Shown here one piece after another: positions 53,901 to 62,690 of a stretch of DNA of 64,000 nucleotides. The translations under genes and the position numbers were made by a program. The number at the start of each line of letters is the position of its first letter. Positions within the stretch are counted from its first letter, which is position 1. The DNA comes from Colwellia sp. (lineage in GTDB: Bacteria; Pseudomonadota; Gammaproteobacteria; Enterobacterales; Alteromonadaceae): NCBI GenBank assembly GCA_034111385.1, contig JAWUXK010000107.1, positions 1,302 through 65,301 of the forward strand, written 5' to 3'. The notes under the pieces were generated by a model. The model saw only the letters and a program-made list of their open reading frames with translations, did not search any database and was not told the origin of the DNA.

Positions 53901-54055
53901 TACCCTTGTTATTAGTGCCTGGCGCAGGTGCCGAACTCTATCGCGGTATTGCTGCGGTTATTGTGGGTGGGATGAGTGTTAGCACAATATTTACACTGAT
54001 CTTTTTGCCAAGTTTATTACAAATGGGCAAAAAGACAGCGGTAATGAATTCATAG
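50981..54055 (+). CDS. RND efflux permease (AcrB/MdtB-like)
   Basis: 1024 aa; AIPIS, DAAIVVLENI, RLRPILMSTL, IVGG. Confidence 0.93.
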   Translation: MNLTASALKNPTAVIVAILLVALFGVISIVQLPIQLTPDISKPEIIIATDWRSAAPEEIEAEIIERQEDVLKGLQGLESLISSSNQGQGTITLRYSTGINLERALIDVMSALNQVSHYPVDATEPIISVGGNKTFTAIAWFALKPLAGNERDIASYQDYVEEVIQARVERVAGISKTNAFGGLSSELRITFDPYKASSLGLNIPALASTLANNSDTSGGFNEVGRRKYTLRFSGKYGVEQLAEMVLEWRDGQPVLLRDVAEVELSLEDRTGILTLDGDPAIAMNAQAEQGVNVIAVMKELKAAMKELNEGPLKRAGLEMIQMSDETIYINRSMNLVRNNLLMGVALAILVLWWFLRKFRATLIVALAIPISLVVTLIVMFFTGRTLNIISMAGLAFAVGMVLDAAIVVLENIVRLREKGDRPEKAALKGATQVWGALIASTVTTVAIFLPIAFLDAVSGQLFADLAITIAVAIVASLIIAVTVLPTAARNLLSEVSAVDPHAHWWRHITQSIMRITSTPTKRFAWVFGLMFISFAGSWVLFPKIDYLPKGNQNQFEAFILPPPGLSYPAARFEMSDEINRRIKPYLTGEKEPQIAHTWMGFFGSFGFMGGRTESADDIGEIIDIVNREFLHGFPDTMAFASQSEIFRNLAGGRRIDVDIQGNDVDTLLQAAQAGYGAINQALPEGQIQPIPGLTLAEPELRMIPNERRMAEAGWNRSQVGAITRSLGTGLYVGDFFNGQKRLDVFLRTTDWESPEELAAIPLYTPNADVQPVGELVDIVRTAGPSSIRRVNRQRTITLQVTPPDNVSLEEAIATIQEKAEPAILAVLARDSANESGSVASVNYRGTAEALTEALTSMGQSFALALIILYLLMAALFRSFKDSILVVLTIPLATIGGIGFLQLTNLVIFQPLDLLTMIGFIILLGLVVNNAILLVYQTRMGEGEGLSRHDAVEQAVRLRLRPILMSTLTSICGMLPLLLVPGAGAELYRGIAAVIVGGMSVSTIFTLIFLPSLLQMGKKTAVMNS

Positions 54056-54066
54056 CGACGAGTTAT

Positions 54067-55101
54067 TTACTTTATTGCAGGTAAAGACTCTAACGACCAA
54101 CGCGGATTTGCTTTAAATGTTAAATCTGCGTTAGTTCCCGCTTTTAATCGTTGTAATCCAGCATAAGCAATCATTGCACCATTGTCGGTACAAAACTCTG
54201 GTCTAGGGTAAAACACACTGCCACCCAGTTTCTTGGTGGTAATGGCCAGCTTTTCTCGTAGTGCGGTATTCGCACTTACGCCACCAGCGATGACTAAACG
54301 ATTTAAATTCTCTTGTTTTAATGCGCGCTTACACTTGATTGCTAAGGTATCTATTACGGCCTGTTGAAAAGCATGAGCAATATCTGCGTGTGTTTGTTTT
54401 AGTTCAATCTCCGTTAATGATGAACATTCTTTTCTAACTAATGTACCTGCCGCTGTTTTTAAACCACTGAAGCTAAAATCTAACCCTGGTCTGTCTGTCA
54501 TAGGACGAGGTAATTTAAACCGACCCGCAACACCAGATTCAGCCATTTTAGAGAGTGCAGGGCCGCCCGGATAATCTAACCCTAATAGTTTAGCTGTTTT
54601 ATCAAAAGCTTCTCCGGCGGCATCATCTACTGACTCACCTAGTAATTTATATTCCCCAATGCTTTCAACACGCACTAGCATGGTGTGGCCACCTGAAACA
54701 AGCAAAGCAATAAACGGAAAATCTGGCACATCATCTTCTAGCATAGGCGCTAATAAATGACCTTCCATATGATGCACAGGCACAGCAGGTAAGTCCCAGC
54801 CGTAAGCTAAACTTCTGCCGATAGAGCAGCCAACAAGTAATGCGCCTACAAGTCCAGGCCCAGCAGTATAAGCAACGCCATCTAGATCTTTCGGCGTTAA
54901 ATTGGCATCTTCTAAAACAGCCTTAATTAACGGAATAGTTTTACGGACATGATCACGAGAAGCTAACTCAGGGACAACACCACCATAATCAGCATGTACG
55001 GCAATTTGGCTATAAAGTCTATGTGCCATAATGCCTTTATTATCATCATAAATAGCAATACCGGTTTCATCACAAGAGGTTTCAATACCCAAAATTCGCA
55101 T
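54067..55101 (-). CDS. tsaD: tRNA t6A37 threonylcarbamoyltransferase
   Basis: [36 protein letters not shown]. Confidence 0.98.
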   Translation of the reverse strand: MRILGIETSCDETGIAIYDDNKGIMAHRLYSQIAVHADYGGVVPELASRDHVRKTIPLIKAVLEDANLTPKDLDGVAYTAGPGLVGALLVGCSIGRSLAYGWDLPAVPVHHMEGHLLAPMLEDDVPDFPFIALLVSGGHTMLVRVESIGEYKLLGESVDDAAGEAFDKTAKLLGLDYPGGPALSKMAESGVAGRFKLPRPMTDRPGLDFSFSGLKTAAGTLVRKECSSLTEIELKQTHADIAHAFQQAVIDTLAIKCKRALKQENLNRLVIAGGVSANTALREKLAITTKKLGGSVFYPRPEFCTDNGAMIAYAGLQRLKAGTNADLTFKANPRWSLESLPAIK

Positions 55102-55348
55102 ACAAATTAATCCAAAAAATAGAAAAGCTAAAAAACGCGACGATTTTAACCTTTTTGCCCCATTGGCACCAGAGTATTTCTTTCAGTAATGGTAATATTA
55201 GTCTTTACATTGCTCAGTGGTTAACAGTAGAATACGTCACCCATTTTTAATAGAGCGGGTGTAGACAAGATTTTTGTTAGTTGTAATAAACTTTCACCTC
55301 GAAGTCCAACGCCGATTTATATAGATTTAAACTAAGGTAAATAAGTAC

Positions 55349-55564
55349 ATGCCAGTAATTAAAGTAAGAGAAAACGAACCATTTGACGTAGCATTACGTC
55401 GTTTTAAACGTTCATGTGAAAAAGCAGGAATTCTTTCAGAAGTTCGTCGTCGCGAATGTTATGAAAAGCCAACTTGGGAACGTAAACGTAAAAAAGCAGC
55501 TGCTGTTAAACGTGCAGCGAAAAAAGTTTCTCGTGAGAACGCTCGTCACGTTCGCATGTACTAA
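55349..55564 (+). CDS. rpsU: 30S ribosomal protein S21
   Basis: [27 protein letters not shown]. Confidence 0.98.
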   Translation: MPVIKVRENEPFDVALRRFKRSCEKAGILSEVRRRECYEKPTWERKRKKAAAVKRAAKKVSRENARHVRMY

Positions 55565-55611
55565 ATCATTATTTCTTAATAATGACCTTAGTAAACTCTA
55601 GAGTATTTTAG

Positions 55612-56055
55612 ATGTCACTTCTAATTCAACTCAAAGAAGAAATGAAAAATGCTATGCGCGCTAAAGACAAATGTCGTCTTGGTGTTATTCGTATGGCATT
55701 ATCTGCGATCAAACAAGCTGAAATTGATCATAACACCGAAGCAACAGATGAGAATGTTACGGCTATCTTAACTAAAATGGTTAAGCAGCGTAAAGAATCT
55801 ATCAAAATGTTTACCGACGGTGGTCGTGATGAGTTAGCTGCTAAAGAAGCTGAAGAAGTGAAAGCGATAGAGTTCTTTCTTCCACAGCCTTTAAGTGAAG
55901 CAGAAGTTAAAGAGTTAATTGATAATGCTATCAACGAAACTGGTGCCGCCTCAATGGCTGACATGGGTAAATTGATGGCAGTATTAAAGCCTTTATTACA
56001 AGGTAAAGCTGACATGGGTGCTGTAAGTAGCCAAGTAAGAGCCGCCTTAACTTAA
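55612..56055 (+). CDS. GatB/YqeY domain protein
   Basis: AMRAKDK, KQRKESI, FLPQPLS, DMGKLM, GKADMG; between rpsU and dnaG. Confidence 0.92.
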   Translation: MSLLIQLKEEMKNAMRAKDKCRLGVIRMALSAIKQAEIDHNTEATDENVTAILTKMVKQRKESIKMFTDGGRDELAAKEAEEVKAIEFFLPQPLSEAEVKELIDNAINETGAASMADMGKLMAVLKPLLQGKADMGAVSSQVRAALT

Positions 56056-56075
56056 TATTGGTTAAAAGCTTTTAT

Positions 56076-56110
56076 AAAGCCGTAATGACTTAGGTTATTA
56101 CGGCTTTTTT
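56076..56110 (+). terminator. Intrinsic terminator upstream of dnaG
   Basis: AGCCGTAATGAC-TTAG-GTTATTACGGCT plus T-tract. Confidence 0.85.
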
Positions 56111-56213
56111 GTGTAGAATGCTTGGTAAAAAGATCTATGCAATGGTGGCTGCTTCAACGTGAGGTGACAAGTCACTATTAATTCTTTTATTTATTGATGA
56201 GTTTTTAAGCAAG

Positions 56214-57971
56214 ATGGTAGGACGTATTTCCCGACAATTTATTGATGATCTACTGGCGCGTGCCGATATTGTAGACATTGTAGATTCACGTGTACCCTTG
56301 AAAAAAGCCGGCAAAAACTATCAAGCTTGTTGCCCCTTTCATAATGAAAAATCCCCTTCTTTTACGGTAAGTCAAGATAAGCAGTTTTATCACTGTTTCG
56401 GCTGTGGCGAGCATGGTAATGCCATTTCATTTTTGATGGAATTCGATCGACTTGATTTTGTTGATGCGATAGATGAACTCGCTAACCTTTGTGGTATAGA
56501 AGTTGTTCGAGAAGAAAATAATAATAGCCCAGCGGAAAATCGTAGACAGCAAGAGGTTTATCAGCAAAAGCAAGATGATTACGAATTGATGGAACAAATT
56601 AGTCGTTTTTATCAACAGCAATTAAAAGTTTCCGCTGATAAAGAAATAGCGATAAGTTATTTAAAAGGCCGAGGATTAAGTGGTGAAGTAGTTAAACGCT
56701 TTGGTATTGGCTATATCAGTGACGCTTGGGATGGCATGATGAAAGTCTACTCACGTAATGGCCAAGCGAATCAGCAACTTGTTGACTTAGGGATGGCAAT
56801 TCAAAGTGATAAAAACCGACCATATGACAGGTTTCGCGGTCGTATCATGTTTCCTATTCGTGATAAACGTGGTCGAGTCATTGGATTTGGCGGGCGTGTA
56901 TTAGGTGATGAAAAACCTAAGTATTTAAACTCGCCAGAAACACGCGTTTATCATAAAGGCCAAGAATTGTATGGTTTATATGAAGCGAAACAAGCGAATA
57001 AAAGCCTTAAGCGGCTAGTGGTTGTTGAAGGATATATGGATGTGGTGGCATTAGCGCAACATGGTGTTGATTATGCTGTTGCATCGCTAGGCACAGCCAC
57101 AACAACAGAACAGTTACAAACCATGTTTCGTACGGTTAGAGAAGTGATTTGCTGTTATGACGGTGACCGTGCAGGGCGCGATGCTGCATGGCGTGCAATG
57201 GAAAATGCTTTGCCATTAATTCGTGACGGTTTCTCGCTGAAATTTGTTTTTGTACCTGACGGCGAAGATCCCGATTCATTAATTCGTAAACAAGGGCAGC
57301 AAGCTTTCGAAACATTTCTTGATGAAGCAATGCCTTTATCTAAATTTTTGTTTGAACAACTAATGAATCAAGTAGACATGAGTTCATTAGAGGGTAGAGC
57401 CAGCTTGGTTGAATCCTTCCAACCGTTACTTGCAAAACTACCTGACAGTGTATTAAAAGATGCCATTATCAACGATGTTGCGAATAACTTTGGCACTGGC
57501 AGTGAACAGTTTCTTACAAAGTTTAGTAAATCTGTTGCCAAAGTGAATACGATTAAGAAGCCTAAAGTTGCGACTAAAGTAACACCTGTTAGGTTAGCTA
57601 TTGCATTATTGTTAGAGCATCCCCATATAGTTAAAGCATTAGGCGATATTTCAGTATTAGAGCCGTTAACAATTCCTGGTATTGACTTGTTAACGCAATT
57701 ATTGAGGTTATGTCAGAAAAATCCGAATATAAAAACAGCGCAATTATTAGAATATTTTCGTGACACTGAGCAAGGCAAACAACTGGCAAAATTAATGTGT
57801 TGGCAACATCATATTGAAGCAGAAGCCGCACAAGATGTTTTTCTCGATAGTATTGAAAAATTATTGAATAATTTTGTTGAACAACGTACTGAATTTTTAT
57901 TGCAAAAAGCACGAACAGGGCAGATGTCCCAACAAGAAAAACAAGAGCTACAAGCAATACTCAATGCTTAA
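56214..57971 (+). CDS. dnaG: DNA primase
   Basis: CPFHNEKSPSF...CFGC zinc finger, KYLNSPET, VEGYMD, YDGDRAG, DPD. Confidence 0.98.
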   Translation: MVGRISRQFIDDLLARADIVDIVDSRVPLKKAGKNYQACCPFHNEKSPSFTVSQDKQFYHCFGCGEHGNAISFLMEFDRLDFVDAIDELANLCGIEVVREENNNSPAENRRQQEVYQQKQDDYELMEQISRFYQQQLKVSADKEIAISYLKGRGLSGEVVKRFGIGYISDAWDGMMKVYSRNGQANQQLVDLGMAIQSDKNRPYDRFRGRIMFPIRDKRGRVIGFGGRVLGDEKPKYLNSPETRVYHKGQELYGLYEAKQANKSLKRLVVVEGYMDVVALAQHGVDYAVASLGTATTTEQLQTMFRTVREVICCYDGDRAGRDAAWRAMENALPLIRDGFSLKFVFVPDGEDPDSLIRKQGQQAFETFLDEAMPLSKFLFEQLMNQVDMSSLEGRASLVESFQPLLAKLPDSVLKDAIINDVANNFGTGSEQFLTKFSKSVAKVNTIKKPKVATKVTPVRLAIALLLEHPHIVKALGDISVLEPLTIPGIDLLTQLLRLCQKNPNIKTAQLLEYFRDTEQGKQLAKLMCWQHHIEAEAAQDVFLDSIEKLLNNFVEQRTEFLLQKARTGQMSQQEKQELQAILNA

Positions 57972-58170
57972 TGCAAAGTAACGACTATACTTGACTAATA
58001 CAAAGTATTTAATGCAAAAAAAGTAGGCACTTTTTAGTTGAATTGAAGACTAGAAATAGTACAGAAAACTCGCTATAATTTGCGGCTTTATTTGTGCAGC
58101 TTTTGCTATCCAATTTTATAAAATATTGTTTGAATAAACCATATTACCAAACATAGGTGGACACTCGTCA

Positions 58171-60012
58171 ATGGAACCAGCCCCTCAATCTAGATTGAAA
58201 GATTTAATAACCAAAGGTAAAGAGCAAGGTTATTTAACATTTGCACAAGTTAACGATCATCTTCCTCAAGATATTATCGACTCAGATCAAGTCGAAGACA
58301 TTGTTAGTATGATCAACGACATGGGTATTCAAGTTTTTGAAAATGCCCCTGATGCTGATACCTTAATGATGAGCGAAGCAAATACCGATGAAGATGCTGC
58401 TGAAGCTGCAGCGCAAGCGCTTGCCACGGTTGAAAGTGAAATTGGTCGTACAACCGATCCTGTTCGCATGTATATGCGTGAAATGGGTACTGTTGAGTTG
58501 TTGACACGTAAAGGCGAAATTGTAATCGCTAAGCGTATTGAAGAAGGCATTAAAGAAGTACAACGTAGTGTTTCTGAATATCCACCAGCGATAAATTTCC
58601 TACTTGATATGTGGGATAACTTTGAGGCGGAAGAAGTACGTTTAACCGATATTATTGTTGGCTTTTTAGACCCGGATGCTGAAGATGAAGATATTCCTGC
58701 AGCGGCTACGCATGTAGGCTCTGAGCTTTCTAAAGATGAATTAGCAGATGAAGATAAAGGTGATTCAGATGAAGAAGAAGAGGAAGAAGAAGATACAGGG
58801 CCAGATCCAGAGTTAGCCCGTGAAAAATTTACCGCATTACGTGAAGCATATGAAAATGCGAATAAAATTATTTCGGAAAAAGGTCGTGGTCACACTGATG
58901 CTCAAGAAGCCATTGACGCCGTTGCTGATGTATTCAAAGAATTTCGCTTAATCCCTAAGTTATTTGATAAGTTAGTTAAAAACATGCGTAGTGTGATGGA
59001 CAGATTACGTGTACAAGAGCGTTTGATCATGAAGCACTGTGTAGTTGGTGCAGGTATGCCTAAAACTACCTTTATTAAACTTTTCCCAGGCAATGAAACG
59101 TCTAAAGAGTGGTTTAAGGCAGAAAAAGCAGCAGGACATAGTTACTCTGCTAGGCTTGCTGATATTGAGTTAGATGTTGAGCGCTGTATATATAAATTAA
59201 ACTTAATTGAAGAAGAAACCTTTTTAAATATTCATGGCATTAAAGACATAAACCGTCGTATGTCAATCGGTGAAGCTAAAGCACGTCGTGCGAAAAAAGA
59301 AATGGTTGAAGCTAACTTACGTTTAGTTATTTCAATTGCTAAAAAATATACCAATCGTGGTTTACAGTTCTTAGATTTAATTCAAGAAGGTAATATCGGT
59401 TTGATGAAAGCGGTTGATAAATTTGAATACCGTCGTGGTTACAAATTTTCAACTTATGCAACATGGTGGATTCGTCAAGCAATCACACGTTCAATTGCTG
59501 ACCAAGCGCGTACCATTCGTATTCCAGTTCACATGATTGAAACAATCAATAAACTGAATCGTGTTTCTCGTCAAATGTTACAAGAAATGGGACGTGAACC
59601 AACACCTGAAGAATTAGCCGAACGCATGATCATGCCGGAAGATAAAATTCGTAAGGTATTAAAAATAGCTAAAGAACCTATTTCAATGGAAACGCCTATT
59701 GGTGATGATGAAGATTCACATCTAGGTGATTTTATTGAAGATGGTAGTGGTGAGCTTCCTGTGGATTCAGCGACATCTGAAAACCTTAAAGGCGCAACGC
59801 ATGAAGTACTTGCAGGTTTAACTGCCCGTGAAGCTAAAGTATTAAGAATGCGCTTTGGTATTGATATGAATACTGATCATACTTTAGAAGAAGTTGGTAA
59901 ACAGTTTGACGTAACACGTGAGCGTATTCGTCAAATTGAAGCTAAAGCATTACGTAAATTAAGACATCCATCTCGTTCAGAACAATTAAAAAGTTTCCTT
60001 GATGGTGAATAA
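58171..60012 (+). CDS. rpoD: RNA polymerase sigma70 factor
   Basis: [43 protein letters not shown]. Confidence 0.99.
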   Translation: MEPAPQSRLKDLITKGKEQGYLTFAQVNDHLPQDIIDSDQVEDIVSMINDMGIQVFENAPDADTLMMSEANTDEDAAEAAAQALATVESEIGRTTDPVRMYMREMGTVELLTRKGEIVIAKRIEEGIKEVQRSVSEYPPAINFLLDMWDNFEAEEVRLTDIIVGFLDPDAEDEDIPAAATHVGSELSKDELADEDKGDSDEEEEEEEDTGPDPELAREKFTALREAYENANKIISEKGRGHTDAQEAIDAVADVFKEFRLIPKLFDKLVKNMRSVMDRLRVQERLIMKHCVVGAGMPKTTFIKLFPGNETSKEWFKAEKAAGHSYSARLADIELDVERCIYKLNLIEEETFLNIHGIKDINRRMSIGEAKARRAKKEMVEANLRLVISIAKKYTNRGLQFLDLIQEGNIGLMKAVDKFEYRRGYKFSTYATWWIRQAITRSIADQARTIRIPVHMIETINKLNRVSRQMLQEMGREPTPEELAERMIMPEDKIRKVLKIAKEPISMETPIGDDEDSHLGDFIEDGSGELPVDSATSENLKGATHEVLAGLTAREAKVLRMRFGIDMNTDHTLEEVGKQFDVTRERIRQIEAKALRKLRHPSRSEQLKSFLDGE

Positions 60013-60037
60013 ATAGGGGTTTTATTACCTTATATTC

Positions 60038-60073
60038 AAAGAGTAAGTTAGTTTTCTAGCTTACTCTTTTTTT
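60038..60073 (+). terminator. Intrinsic terminator after rpoD
   Basis: AAGAGTAAGTTAG-TTTT-CTAGCTTACTCTT plus T-tract. Confidence 0.85.
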
Positions 60074-60254
60074 CACTCCGAACTGCCAAATGTTTTGTAA
60101 GACATCAATTTTAGCAAGACTAATATCAAACGATTTATTGGGGTGATGCGAAGTAAATTCAGGTATTACTTTTTTCATTTTAATTTTTTTATTCGTAAGC
60201 TGTTCAACAAATGAGCTAACAGAAAATAAAGGCAAAAAAATTATAGTTCAGTAG

Positions 60255-60283
60255 GTGACAATAAAATAAAAAATGCTTATACT
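60255..60283 (+). promoter_or_regulatory. sigma70 promoter of the tRNA gene
   Basis: GTGACA-N17-TATACT followed by GC-rich discriminator GCACGCGC. Confidence 0.65.
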
Positions 60284-60362
60284 GCACGCGCTTTGTTAAA
60301 GTAGTTGTTACAATTATTTCATCAAACCCCAAAAATTAGAAAATGCCCCAATAAATGAAAAT

Positions 60363-60439
60363 GGGCCTTTAGCTCAGTTGGTTAGAGCATCCGACTCATA
60401 ATCGGCAGGTCCGCAGTTCAAGTCTGCGAAGGCCCACCA
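60363..60439 (+). tRNA. tRNA-Ile2 (anticodon CAT, lysidine-modified)
   Basis: Cloverleaf: acceptor GGGCCTT/AAGGCCC, CGA-CTCATAA-TCG anticodon arm as in E. coli ileX, TTCAAGT T-loop, encoded CCA; downstream of rpoD like ileX. Confidence 0.9.
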
Positions 60440-61068
60440 TTTTCATTAGTACATTCCAAGTAAGCACCTACTAACCTAATCAATAAAAAATCTAAACAAG
60501 GTCTACTTGTGGGTCTAGTTAGTAATTATTATTCTCTATCGATAATCAACAAAGCCATTTTATCTTAGGGCTACTTTCTTTTATGTTGATAAGCATTCCT
60601 TTTAAAGTAAAACTCTTCGAAATACTTAACTTTTTTAACAGGCTTATGCCTGACTAGCCCAAAACATTAAAGCTTTCTGACTTATTGGCATTAATTAGAG
60701 CATGTTATGTAATTTGTTTTAGATAACTGTTTATGGGGGCTTTGTGCGCATTAAAGAAGTAAAATTTTTAAGTTTTAAATGTTTGTCGAGGTCAACTGAA
60801 CATCAGTTAGTTGACCTAAGCAAGTCGGCAGCGGAATTTAAATTATTGGTATAGCGGACGTTCCAAAAATCGGTTTGAGACCAAGTTTATGGTCTAAAAA
60901 GCAAAATGAGATTATAGAATGAAAACAATAGCTATGACGGCTGCAAGCTCACTATAGTCAGTGACGTTCTGTCTATGCAGGGTAAATAATGCCACAATGT
61001 ATGGACTCCTCCAACCTATGAGCTAGGTTTATTAGTGTCGACCAAAACACAAATTGAGGGTTCCATAC

Positions 61069-62097
61069 ATGAACAAAGTTAATACTATTGGCATTGATTT
61101 AGCAAAAAATGTTATCCAGGTTTCTGTTCTTTCGCCATCAAACAAAGAACTAACCAATAAAGAACTTCCTAGAACCAAGTTTGCAGAGTTCTTAGCTAAG
61201 CAACCAGAAAGCCTTGTTGCGTTTGAAGCTTGCTCAACCGCACATCATTGGGCACGTTTAGCTAGAAGACATGGGCATAAAGTAAAAATACTTCCAGCAA
61301 AGGTTGTTTCAACATTTCGCCAAGGTCACAAAACCGATAAGAACGATGCACTTGCTGTTGCCGAAACAGCTAATAGACCCAATGTAAAAGAAGCACCATT
61401 AAAAGAACTTGAGCAACAAGGCATTCAATCGATTCAACGTTCAAGAGAATTACTGGTTCAAAATAAGACATGCTTGTCTAATCACATTCGAGGTTTATTG
61501 ATGGAATTTGGTGTCTTTATTCCAAAAGGCTTTAGTTCTCTTTTTAAGAATGTACCTGACATTCTTGAAGACGGAGACAATGATGTACCTGATATGTTTC
61601 GAGCGACACTCAATCTCATGTATCAACGCCTACTCGACCTTCGAGATGATGTTGAATTGTTAGATGTACAAGTTAAGCAATTGGTTAAAAATAACCAAGC
61701 CTGTAAGAACTTGACTGAAATGGAAGGAGTTGGCCCAATCAGTGCAATATTACTGTACTCAACACTAGGCACAGGTGAAGCGTTCAAAAATGGTCGTGAA
61801 TTCTCTGCTTATATCGGTCTTACACCCAAGCAACACAGTAGCGGTGGTAAAGCGAGTTTGATGGGTATCAGTAAATATGTAGCCAATAAGCGGCTGCGTT
61901 CAGTATTAATACAAGGTGCTCGCGCCTATGTACATCGCATGAAATCAGTCACCACTAAAAAAGATGAGTGGTTGGTCAATCTTATTGAACGGGCTGGCTA
62001 CGGTAAAGCTGCCGTAGCATTAGCAAATAAAAATGTTCGAACCGCATGGGCATTGTTAACGCAAGGTACAGAATATCGAAAAGAAATTATTGTTTAA
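61069..62097 (+). CDS. IS110-family transposase/recombinase (RuvC-like DEDD + Tnp Ser domain)
   Basis: IGIDLAK (D), AFEAC (E), KTDKNDA (D,D), GVGPI, GLTPKQHSSGG (Ser), AVALANK; ATG 61069 after GAGG. Confidence 0.96.
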   Translation: MNKVNTIGIDLAKNVIQVSVLSPSNKELTNKELPRTKFAEFLAKQPESLVAFEACSTAHHWARLARRHGHKVKILPAKVVSTFRQGHKTDKNDALAVAETANRPNVKEAPLKELEQQGIQSIQRSRELLVQNKTCLSNHIRGLLMEFGVFIPKGFSSLFKNVPDILEDGDNDVPDMFRATLNLMYQRLLDLRDDVELLDVQVKQLVKNNQACKNLTEMEGVGPISAILLYSTLGTGEAFKNGREFSAYIGLTPKQHSSGGKASLMGISKYVANKRLRSVLIQGARAYVHRMKSVTTKKDEWLVNLIERAGYGKAAVALANKNVRTAWALLTQGTEYRKEIIV

Positions 62098-62120
62098 CAA
62101 AGAAGTGATTAATTTATTTT

Positions 62121-62160
62121 TTTAACTGATTTAACTGATTTAACTGATTTAACTGATTTA
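62121..62160 (+). repeat. Tandem repeat (TTTAACTGA)x4 + TTTA
   Basis: Read directly; lies inside the IS right non-coding end. Confidence 0.95.
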
Positions 62161-62201
62161 AAAGAGTTTCGCCAAGTAAGCCAATATTAGATAAAGAAAT
62201 C

Positions 62202-62328
62202 CATCTTGATAAAACCTGTTCTGCTGTGAGGGATTATTAACCCGCTGCCACATATAGGAATCGAGATGCGCATACATTGAGGGTTAGGAGATAGCTTCTC
62301 CAAATAAAAACCGAATATACGTACGCGC
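62202..62328 (+). ncRNA. Putative bridge/seek RNA of the IS1111-type element
   Basis: Two similar stem/internal-loop modules carry segments matching the insertion site (TGCCACAT 62246-53) and the donor junction (CATACATTG 62271-79, ATATAC 62315-20). Confidence 0.8.
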
Positions 62329-62690
62329 CTTAACCTAATAAAGGAATACTTGATGAAATGGAGGAGTCCATATACATTTAAGACCTAAGGTTTCAATACC
62401 ATAACGACAGCTGTGGAGCATTAAGCGGTCATAAGTTTTGAGCTAAAACTACTATATAAAAATAGCAATGAGCCTGATGCTAGCGCACATGCTAAAATCG
62501 CGATTACAGTACTGATTTACCGATTCAATAGCTTTGATTAAAAGCTTTTTTAATGCTCGTAAAGCTGTGACTAAAGTGTGACATACCAGTTAAATATGAT
62601 TGTCATTTTGTTCAAGATTGTCTCTCACTAACCCTATGAATTTGTATAGCTTTTTTTCATATTCCCAATAAACATAAGATTATATAAGAG

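Larger units (their letters stand above)
60994..62376 (+). mobile_element. IS110-family insertion sequence, IS1111 subgroup
   Basis: Sub-terminal IRs TATGGACTCCTCCA (61000-61013) and TGGAGGAGTCCATA (62359-62372). ACA core at both junctions (60994-96, 62374-76). DEDD transposase, long 3' non-coding end. Confidence 0.93.
60733..62432. repeat. Cluster of 28-29 bp imperfect palindromes (9-bp arms, 10-11 nt spacer)
   Basis: 60733-60760 (degenerate), 60789-60817 (perfect arms AGGTCAACT/AGTTGACCT), 60934-60961, the IS-interrupted copy 60979-60996 + 62377-62386, 62404-62432; half-site AGCGGACGT at 60853. Confidence 0.5.

Noticed and set aside
58760-58800. GAA-rich low-complexity run
   Set aside because: It encodes the normal acidic region of sigma70.
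60363-60439. tRNA-Met (initiator or elongator) call for the CAT anticodon
   Set aside because: It has a paired G1-C72 and lacks the three G-C pairs of fMet. The anticodon arm and position after rpoD fit Ile2.
62121-62160. Tandem repeat as a CRISPR array
   Set aside because: 9-bp units with no spacers and no cas genes.
60733-62432. Integron attC sites or dif/pdif sites as the identity of the palindromes
   Set aside because: No RYYYAAC...GTTRRRY boxes or intI, and no XerD arm TTATGTTAAAT.
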